64,000 bases of DNA. It comes from Macrostomum lignano. Lineage: Eukaryota. Shown in pieces: positions 12,241 to 22,544 of this stretch. The stretch's first letter is position 1; each line of letters opens with the position of its first letter. The DNA lies in NCBI GenBank assembly GCA_002269645.1, contig NIVC01002390.1, positions 1 through 64,000 on the forward strand, given 5' to 3'. The notes beneath the pieces are model-generated. The model had not been told where the DNA came from and did no database searches. It was given only the letters and a program-made list of their open reading frames with translations. The position numbers and the translations under genes are program-made.

Positions 12241-13462
12241 TATATGAATGAATTCATATATATATAATATATATGAATATATACTGTATGTATATATGTA
12301 AAAATATATCCAACAGGTACATGTAGTACTTATGAATCTTATTGACACGTACACTCTTGAATCTTGTGACACTTTTGAATCATGATACTGGGCTGCTTAG
12401 CTAAGTGTCTAATGTTGACTGGGACGCAAGCGGTAGGCTTGGCAAACATCGGTCAGAAAATTAGTCGGCTAAAAAATTGGGTACACTCTCCAGCTATAGG
12501 TGGATACATGTATAGATAGACACATGCAATTCATGTAAAGACTGTACATGTAGATGCGTCCTTAAGCAGCTTAAACATCAGGGAAAAGTACGTACATGTA
12601 TAAGTAACTGCTCATCAGTACTGTGGCACCACCTGGAACACTTCCACGTTCAAAACAAAAGACTCATGAGACTGTCATTTTTTGCACAATCATATAATGG
12701 CTGCAATATGAAGTCTCCAGCTTTTCAAATTTTCAAAATACTAAGTTTATATGTAAACATGCATGCATGCCATGTCCATACATGTTATGTATATCCAGTA
12801 CTAGGCTGCTGCATGCAGCATGCCAGTTATAAATTTTATCTTCGCGCTCGCATTACAGCTAGCCATCTGACGGACCTTGACTGACTATCTTTGTCTTCTA
12901 GTCAGTCTTTTTTTTTCTTTTATCATTTTCTGACTAGCAAATGCACATTTTTTCAATTGGCTAGCTGCACACTCGTAGTAAGAAGGCCTGTGAAACTTAC
13001 ACTGGGCATCAATAACTTTTTACAATTTATCCGATATAGATTAATAAGTAGACACAAAAATGGACTCAAGGACGACTTATAAAACACTTTAGATCTCCTT
13101 TTCGAACAAACTGAAGATTGTATACAGTTGAGATAAATTTTACTTAAAAACTGTAACGGTAAAATAACGGAGTGTATAATAACGACTGACAGCTTTTCAA
13201 ACGAAAAGGTTCGTAGAAATATAACTTTTGTACAGGTCTGAGACTCTGAGGTCGGTCAGTGCGCGTGGCAGTGGTAGGCCTATCACATCTTTCCTTCTGC
13301 AGGTTGAGAATACTGGTGGACCTAAAATTCTCGTTTCGCCACATTATTCCGCCTGCGTCAATGATTATTTTAAAAGATTAAGCAACCAATCTGTAACTTC
13401 TGTGACCAGTGACCAGTGGTAGTTTCATTGTAGAATAACATATTGAAAATATTAAAATAGCC

Positions 13463-16400
13463 ATGAATGCTAATTCATCTACTATTGTATTCCCATCAGG
13501 AAAAAACATTGTCGTCGATTATTTCAAAGGAGTTTCATCAGTATACTTTTTGTCCCACTTTCATATGGGTAAGGCCAGGACTTAGGAGCCATGGTTGATA
13601 AATGTCAGGATAGGCCTATGAGTTTTATTAATGCCATTGCCATATTAGCTTATTGCTGTGGCATACCCCTAAGGCATTGATTTATAGTTTTTACAATTTT
13701 ATGTATAATTTTTTATTTGTTGTTGTTTCAAAAAGTAGTTTATTTTTAATAGTTAGAAATATTTAATTTAGACAAGTTTGGTATTAGTTATTTAGTATCA
13801 ATACAATAGCCATTGAATGAGGCCTAGGCTAGACCTTATTATAATGATCTTACTTGTTCCAATAGATGGATAGGTTACACTGAATTTGTCAACAGACCTA
13901 AAGTTTAAGAAATTGGAGGAAATTAAACTTATTAATAATTAAAACAAGCTGAATAAATTTGTCAACAACAAGACAAACTTACATAAAGTCAGGCTAAAGT
14001 TGTTTCTTAATGCAATAACATAAATTTCTTTAATTCAAGATGCAAAATATTGCCAAAGAATTCAACATACTTTATGAATGCATTTTCTAAATGCTATTAT
14101 ATATACCATATAGTCCGGAAGATAGCCTTTATACCAGAAAATTCCGGCATATTTTTGCACTTGCTGACAATCTTGGCATACACTTGGCGTATAGAATTTT
14201 CAGGTTCAACATAAAGTGTAAATAACTGGCATACAAGAAATTGAAAAGTTTAGGGCTGATGTAATTGTATAGTTAAATATCAATCAACTAAAGCTCTTCT
14301 GAAAATAAACGGTTAACTAAAATAGAAAGTATTAGGCCTAACACAATTTACGAGAAAAACAAAATCAAAACAAAGAATATTAGTTTTTAGCAAAATCAGC
14401 CATTTTAAAGTTAATTATAATTGTTACTTTTAAAATACAAATTTTTTAAAAACTTGGCATGTATAAGTAAGTTTATATTATATTTATATTTAGTAAGTTT
14501 AAAGTCCATGGGTTTTAATAGGTTATAAAAGTTAATATTTAAAAACCATTCTATTTTGTTATTATATATATATATCTTTTCAATAGGCTTAGGCTTGTCT
14601 TTCAATTTTTAGCATGTAATTAGTATATTAGTCAATAGCATATTGTTAGGTATTTGAATTTATCAATAATGCATGATAAGGTAAACCAAATTTGTCAATA
14701 GAGTTGTTGAATTAGATGATGACAAATTCGATGGCACCCAGTTAGACATTTTGTCAAAATCCTTTCTATTTAAACTTAAAGCCTTTAATAGTTTTTGTTA
14801 CAAAATGACCAAAATGACTTTGACAAAAAGTAGTGTTCCACCATAGCTATGGCTATGGGGTAATATTGGGATCCCTACGGCTATGGAATATGGAGAATTG
14901 GAATAAGCCATAGTTTTGCTTATGGCTATGGCTATAGCACATGGAGCCCCTTTATGGTGGAACACTAACAAAAAGTATGTATATGATAAAATAATACTTT
15001 TAAAATATTGGTTTAAGTAAACTATTACTGCTATTTAAGAAATCTATATTAAATTTGTTAGCATAACAACAACTTCCTATATTGAATTAATTTTCATAAA
15101 ATTAGAAATCATTAACTTGTATTTTGGAGTAGTTTTTTGGATTGCTAAGTGTTACTAAGTTCACAAAATTCAAAAATACCTTTAGAGTTTAATTAGGCCT
15201 AGCATAAATCATGATATATCTAATACAGAATATTTTTACAAATAGTTTTTTTCAAAAATATATCACCATATAAATTTCTAAAGGTGAGTTTCAAAGAGAG
15301 TATTAGTAGTACCATGTATTATATAGAACTTGTGCTTGTAGTTGGCCTATAAACCTTTGATAATATTGGTATAGACTGTGGGATCCTAAGGATTAACAAA
15401 GTTAATGCTATGATTTATTATAACACAATTCTATAGTCATACTCAGGATGATATCTTTTTGTTTAGAAAGTTCTAATATACAAAAGCCTTCTCAAATGAA
15501 TACTAGAAAATCTATATAGTATAGATGGCACAGGTGTAGCATAATGGCATAGCTCAGTGTAGGCTGTGCAGTGTTTGCAATATACTAAAAAAAGCTATAA
15601 AAACATTTTTTTTAAATATTAGCTACCAAACTTATCTAATTAGTATTGGGATTAAATAGGATAACATTTCCCCTAAATGATTATCTATTATCTTTCTCTT
15701 AGCACTTAGGCATTTTAAATTTTCAAAGTTGGCTCTAATTGAGATTCTAAGCATTTATAAGTAGCTATTACATTATCATTTGTTCATGCAGAAAAAAGAT
15801 ACAAAGTTATAACTAAGGAGATTCTATAAAACTAGGATCATTCAGCTTAAAATTTTATAGCAAAGGCTATTGTTAGGGGTTTTCAGATTGACTATTGACT
15901 ATTAAACTATTGAAATAGAACTTTCAATAGATATGCTTATATACATTTACACCTCAGAAATTACATTAGCTTTTGAAATCATAAACTATTAAAATTAACT
16001 ATAGTAGTTTAGATAGACTGAAAATGCAACTTAGTTTTGTGGTTACCTAATAACAATTTAAAAATCTTTAATTTGTTGTCACATTTTGTAAACAAAAAAT
16101 CTACTCAAGTTTGTCAAAATTGTCAAAAAATCTATTTTGCAGCTTATATACTGGGCTTGCCACAATTTATGCCAGCCAGATTGGCTAGGTTAACTGGCAA
16201 TTGTACATGTACTGGAAAATATCTAAAAATTGATAGAAAACTCCAGAAAAAGTACACCTATAAAATGGGTTTATTTTTTATAGAACACAGGTCCGGTATA
16301 TTGCATTGTTTGTGTCTTCAACCTTATCTATCTAGCAAATCCTCATCTATAAAATCTGTTTGCATTATGCAACTCTACCTGAAGTATTTTGCTATTTAGA

Positions 16401-19400
16401 TTAGACAATTATCTAATATTAATCTATAAATTATTAATACACCATATTGTATATTCTCGTTTTAGATCATGTTGTTGGACTTAAAGATGTGCAGCACGAG
16501 TGCAAGGTTAGATTTCTTTTGTTAATAAATATCTTTAGGTGTGTTAAAGATATGATTTATTATTATATAGAAAATATAATAGAGATATTATTTTCTCGTA
16601 GAAAATAATGGCACAGTTTCTTATCAATACGAAAATTTGACTGTGACTAAAATATGTGCTAATCATTGTTGCTAATCAGTACAGTACTGAGTGACGGGGC
16701 CATGCTCGTTAGCTGCTTTTAGTTTGCTCGTTGTTTTCTTTAGGCTACAAATAGTTCTAGTCACGCACTGGCAATCATAGTGGGATAGGAAAATATGATC
16801 GACAGTTTTTGTTATTGATAAAGAATTTTTTTATGTCTCAACGGAAATAAGGACCCAGTAATGTGCTTAGTGAGTGACCTGGATTTGGTGCTGAAGGGAA
16901 ACTCTGCTTTGCTGAAGGCTTAGCAAGGAGGCCGCTGAAGGTAGCAGATAATCACTGAAGGATGGGGTGTGGAGGCAACTGAAGGTAGCAGATAATCACT
17001 GAAGGATGGGGTGTGGAGGCAACTGAAGGTAGCAGATAATCACTGAAGGATGGGGTGTGGAGGCAACTGAAGGTAGCAGATAATCGCTGAGGGAAGAGTG
17101 AGGAGGTAGCTGAAGGTAGCAGATAATCGCTGAGGGAAGAGTGAGGAGGCAGCTGAAGGCAGCAGATAATCGCTGAGGGAAGAGTCGGGAGGCAACTGAA
17201 GGCAGCAGATAATCGCTGAGGGAAGAGTGAGGAGGTAGCTGAAGGCAGCAGATAATCGCTGAGGGAAGAGTGAGGAGGCAGCTGAAGGTGGCAGATAATC
17301 GCTGAGGGAAAAGTGAGGAGGCAGTTGAAGGCAGCAGATAATGCTAAAGGATAGAGTGAGATAAAGTTAGCATGCCTACGAGGAAGAAGCTTCTCGTAGA
17401 AGCCGCACTCCGCCTCTCTGCACTCAGATCTACTGCTCGGGCATCACCAGGCATTTGATCCAAGCAGATCGGGCATTCGCCAATGCTCACCATCTGTTAG
17501 TAGAGCTACCGGTGAATTCAGCTCAACCAGTGCCTGAGCTGCCGGGTCTCCAAGTGACCCTAGTTCCTGCTGGTCACTGTCTGGGCAGCGTTATGTTCTT
17601 GTTTGAAGACTCCGCAGATGGTTATGTTGCTTTGCACACTGGCGATTTTCGAATACCGACTAGTTTGGAAGCGCTGCGCGAGGTCGGCGCGTTTCACCGC
17701 CAAGGCCGGTAGGCAGGTTTTTTAATGTTATTCAGTATAAGCAACTTTGCATTATAATGATGCTATCTGGCATCAACACTTGACTAAAATACGCTCGTAA
17801 ATACTTATTTTATACTTAATCCTCTACTTTTGATTCAGTAGCAAGCGCAGTATGTGACAGTAATTTTTTGTTCTGAAAGACAAGATCAGCCCCCTGATGG
17901 TGTGCCAGGATTGGCAAACGAATTAGGGGCGTTGCTTGTGAACGATGTGGGCAGGAAAATTTATCGTTATTGTTATTGCGGTTAATGTACGTGGCACTGG
18001 CACTTCAACCCCTTAATAATGGTTGAGCATGGGGCAATAAAAATAGGGGTTAGAGAATGGCAGAAAGAAATGTACATTTATCTGCGTGCCGCTTATGTAC
18101 ATTGCAGATCAACGCCCAGAGGCAATAAAAATAGGGGGTAGAGAATGGCGGGAAAGAAATGTACATTTATCAGCGTGGCCGCTTATGTACATTGCAGATC
18201 AACCCCCAGGGCAATAAAAATACGGGGTAGAGAATGGCTTGGCGGGAAAGAAATGTACATTTATCAGCGTGGCCGCTAATGTACATAGCAGATCAACCCC
18301 CAGGGCAATAAAAATAAGGGGTAGAGAATGGCGGGGCCGGGGCGGGAAAGAGATAGGCACTCGGATTTTGCGGGGAGTCGAGTGAAGTAAGTGGGTAATA
18401 ATAAGAAGAACTATTACTGAAATGAAAGTAGCTTCAATTGCACATAAACTTACATATTTACTGCCTACCACCTATCCCCGCAGCGTGATCCCCATCGATA
18501 ATGCCGTGGTGGACACAACCTTCTTCACTGATCACTGTCGTGAGCTGCCAACTCGCCAAGAATCAATGCAGGCAATCTGCGATTTGGTCAGCGACTGTCT
18601 TGATAGGCACCATAATTTGTCTGTAAAGCGGGCCAACTCTGGTGTTGTACTAGTTGCTAAGGCTAGGTTCTCGTACGAGTACGTTTATCAGAGTCTGGCT
18701 GAGACATTTGGCACGAAGGTGAGTTGATTTAAGTTTGATTCACGGGTCAATATTAGTTGCCCTGGCTGGTTCCCAACTTTTTGAAACCTTTCATTATCGT
18801 CATCTGTACTAAATTCTTAGTCTAAAACTGCACTGCACTGCACTGTAATTTTCAGGTGCACATCAGCGAACTGGGCCTTCGCTACTATGGTCAGCTAGCA
18901 AGCAGTCTAGATTTTTATTCAACAACTTCAGCTGACTGCTTTGTACACCTGGATGGTTGCGGATGCAACATGAATGAGATGTTGCGCATTTGTCTGTCCA
19001 CTATGTACTTTGATAAGGTAAACAAAGTGCTTTTACGTGCTCTATTTTTTAACATATCAGAGTTCACTGTGAGATAGCTTTTTTATTGAGCTTGCAGCTG
19101 TCTTTGATCTGTTGAGATTACGGCACTCTTTAATCTCTATTTTCCATTGAGATAGCGGCTCTCTTTGATCTGTATTTTCAATTTAGATAGCGGCTCTCTT
19201 TGATCTCTATTTTCCATTGAGATAGCGGCTCTCTTTGATCTCTATTTTCTATTGAGATAGCGGCTCTCTTTGATATCTATTTTCCATTGAGATAGCGGCT
19301 CTCTTTGATCTCTATTTTCTATTGAGATAGCGGCTCTCTTTGATCTCTATTTTCCATTGAGATAGCGGCTCTCTTTGATCTCTATTTTCTATTGAGATAG

Positions 19401-20308
19401 CGGCTCTCTTTGATCTCTATTTTCAATTGAGATAGCGGCTCTCTTTGATCTGCAATTTCCATTGAGATTGCGGCTCTCTTTGATCTCTATTTGCAATTGA
19501 GATAGTTCTCTCTTTGATCTCTATTTTCCATTGAGATAGCGGTTCTCTTTGATCTCTATTTTCCATTGAGATAGCGGCTCTCTTTGATTTGTAATTTCCA
19601 TTGAGATTGCGGCTCTCTTTGATTTGTAATTTCCATTGAGATTGCGGCTCTCTTTGATCTGTAATTTCCATTGAGATAGCGGCTCTCTTTGATCTCTATT
19701 TTCCATTGAGATAGCGACTCTCTTTGATTTGTAATTTCCATTGAGATTGCGGCTCTCTTTGATCTGTATTTTCAATTGAGATTGCGGCTCTCTTTGATCT
19801 GTATTTTCAATTGAGATTGCGGCTCTTTGATCTATCTTTCCAGACCGCCGGCTTCACCCAGACTGTTGTATGGCCCTCGGAACGCACAGCCCGGGTGCTG
19901 TTCAGCTTCCACCCGTCCATGAGCGAAGTTTCCGACCTGCTCACCTATTTGCGGCCCCGCTCCGCTCGCGCTCTCGTCACGCCTGCTGGCGACGTCGACG
20001 GTGATAGTTTCGGCGATGCCGAAAGTCGAGTGCAGACCCGTCTGGATGCCCTGGTTGCCCGGCTGTCCAGCAACACTTTAGTGTCATCTCCCGCAGCATC
20101 AGCAACATCAGCTTTTCAGCTTCAGGACCACGGCTTGCCAGCTTCAGCCTTAAAACGATGCCGTTCACCGTTGTTAAGCTGTGCTCACTCGGATGGCAAC
20201 GGTGATTGTCCCGATGGTGCCGATAACGAGAATGATGATTGCAGTGACGATTCTCTCTGCTCCATGCCTGTTAGATGTGCGAAATCGAAATCAGCTAGGC
20301 TGTCTTGA
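13463..20308 (+). CDS. DCLRE1C: Artemis (SNM1C) metallo-beta-lactamase/beta-CASP nuclease, 6 exons, ~429 aa
   Basis: Exons 13463-13568, 16466-16506, 17428-17708, 18484-18718, 18856-19017 and 19844-20308 are all GT-AG and phase-compatible. Motifs: VVDYF, FLSHFHM-D-HVVGL (HxHxDH split by intron 1), IYCS, VTLVPAGHCLGSVMFLF, HTGDFR, VVDTTFF, FSYEYVY..L.E.FG.KVH, FSFH.S.SE..D.L.YL.P. These follow the Artemis motif order. Confidence 0.88.
14831..14967. mobile_element. 137-bp hAT-like MITE in Artemis intron 1
   Basis: Perfect 15-bp TIRs tagtgttccaccata / tatggtggaacacta; perfect 8-bp TSD acaaaaag at 14823-14830 and 14968-14975. Confidence 0.88.
16935..17345. repeat. Intronic minisatellite, 43-44-nt purine-rich unit (gaaggtagcagataatcgctgaggg...)
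   Basis: Tandem copies in Artemis intron 2. Confidence 0.92.
18031..18345. repeat. Intronic tandem repeat, ~88-94-nt unit, about 3.5 copies
   Basis: ggcaataaaaat recurs at 18033, 18121, 18210 and 18304; Artemis intron 3. Confidence 0.9.
19130..19835. repeat. Intronic minisatellite, 35-nt unit (ttttccattgagatagcggctctctttgatctcta)
   Basis: About 20 copies filling Artemis intron 5 up to the acceptor. Confidence 0.95.
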
Positions 20309-20359
20309 AAGGTCTGCTTATGTTGTCCGCAGCATTTCAAATTTGGCAGCTGAATCAGC

Positions 20360-21022
20360 GGTCAGGTACCTGTGAACTTATCAGTCAGGTACCTGTAAAT
20401 TATTGGGTCAGGTACCTGTAAATTATTGGGTCAGGTACCTGTAAATTATTGGGTCAGGTACCTGTAAATTATTGGGTCAGGTACCTGTAAATTATTGGGT
20501 CAGGTACCTGTAAATTATTGGGTCAGGTACCTGTAAATTATTGGGTCAGGTACCTGTAAATTATTGGGTCAGGTACCTGTAAATTATTGGGTCAGGTACC
20601 TGTAAATTATTGGGTCAGGTACCTGTAAATTATTGGGTCAGGTACATGTACATTATTGGGTCAGGTACATGTACATTATTGGGTCAGGTACATGTACATT
20701 ATTGGGTCAGGTACATGTACATTATTGGGTCAGGTACATGTACATTATTGGGTCAGGTACATGTACATTATTGGGTCAGGTACATGTACATTATTGGGTC
20801 AGGTACCTGTAAATTATTGGGTCAGGTACCTGTAAATTATTGGGTCAGGTGCATGTAAATTAATGGGTCAGGTACATGAACATTATTCGGTCAGGTACAT
20901 GTACATTATTGGGTCAGGTACATGTACATTATTGGGTCAGGTACATGTACATTATTGGGTCAGGTACATGTACATTAATGGGTCAGGTACATGAACATTA
21001 TTCGGTCAGGTACATGTACATT
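20360..21022. repeat. Minisatellite, 23-nt unit gggtcaggtacctgtaaattatt / gggtcaggtacatgtacattatt
   Basis: Tandem copies just downstream of the Artemis stop. Confidence 0.95.
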
Positions 21023-21384
21023 AATGTGTTAATATGCAGACGGCTATCACAGCCTTTGGCGGCTTGTTAGTTGTACTTTTTTAGTAAAATAAATGCATGC
21101 ACTTTTTGTAGGCTTTTTAAATAATTTTAAATTAAATTAAGTTTTTACTAAACTGCCATTGAATGCCTGCTATATTCTACATGTAATGCCTTTTTTTGTA
21201 AACAAATTACATAATAGCTCAATACTGTGATTGTCATTCGCGTACATACTGCCAAAGCTATGAGTTGTTTTGTCAAACTTATTTTCGTGTTCCCAGCTTC
21301 TGTTGACTTTTTAAGCTCTTTTTTGTAGGTATGCCCGATCTTGTTAAATTTTTGAGACTATCCTTGACATTCTCAGTTGTAATT

Positions 21385-22320
21385 GGGATCTATGATCGAT
21401 CTATGGGATTTATAGGATTTATAGTATCTATGGGATCTCTAGGATCTATAGGATCTATAAGATTTATAGTATCTATGGGATTTATCGGATTTAAAGGATC
21501 TATGGGATCTATAGGATTTATAGGATCTATGGGATTTATCGGATTTATAGTATCTATGGGATTTATCGGATTTAAAGGATCTATGGGATCTATAGGTTTT
21601 ATAGGATCTATGGGATCTATAGGATTTATAGTATCTATGGGGTCTATAGGATCTATGGGATCTATAGGATCTATGAGATCTATAAGATTTATAGTATCTA
21701 TGGGATTTATCGGATTTAAAGGATCTATGGGATCTATAGGATTTATAGGATCTATCGGATTTATCGGATTTATAGTATCTATGGGATTTATCGGATTTAA
21801 AGGATCTATGGGATCTATAGGATTTATAGGATCTATGGGATTTATCGGATTTAAAGGATCTATGGGATCTATAGGATTTATAGGATCTATGGGATTTATC
21901 GGATTTATAGTATCTATGGGATTTATCGGATTTAAAGGATCTATGGGATCTATAGGTTTTATAGGATCTATGGGGTCTATAGGATCTATGGGATCTATAG
22001 GATCTATGGGATCTATAGGATCTATAGGATCTATGGGATCTATAGGATCTATGGGAACTATAGGATATTTGGGATTTATATTATCTATGGGATTTATAGG
22101 ATCTATGTGATCTATAGGATCTATGGGATCTATAGGATCTAATGGATCTATAGGATCTTAAGGATCTATTGCATCTATGGGGTCTATAGGATCTATGTGA
22201 TTTATTGGATCTATGGAATCTATATGATCTATAGGATCTATGAGATCTATATGATCCATGAGATCTATATGATCTATGTGCTCTATAGGGTCTATAAGAC
22301 CCTATAAGATCTATAAGATT
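21385..22320. repeat. Minisatellite built from 9-nt variants (ataggatct, atgggatct, ataggattt...)
   Basis: Tandem copies visible; source of the GSMGFIG ORF. Confidence 0.93.
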
Positions 22321-22544
22321 TGTATGCAATATTTAAAGACACCGAACCTCAGAGGGATATATTTTTAATGATCTCTAATGGAACTGTTTAGAAATCACTA
22401 TTCAGTTTGCCGATGTGCTCAGGTGATGCAAAGGGTTCAGTGTATGCTTGTTGTCTAATTCTGGCCTCTCAATTCATGCAAAGCCGAGCCCGCACCCGCC
22501 AGAGTGCTTAGCTGAGAAGAGCAGACACTCAATCCCGCTCAGAC

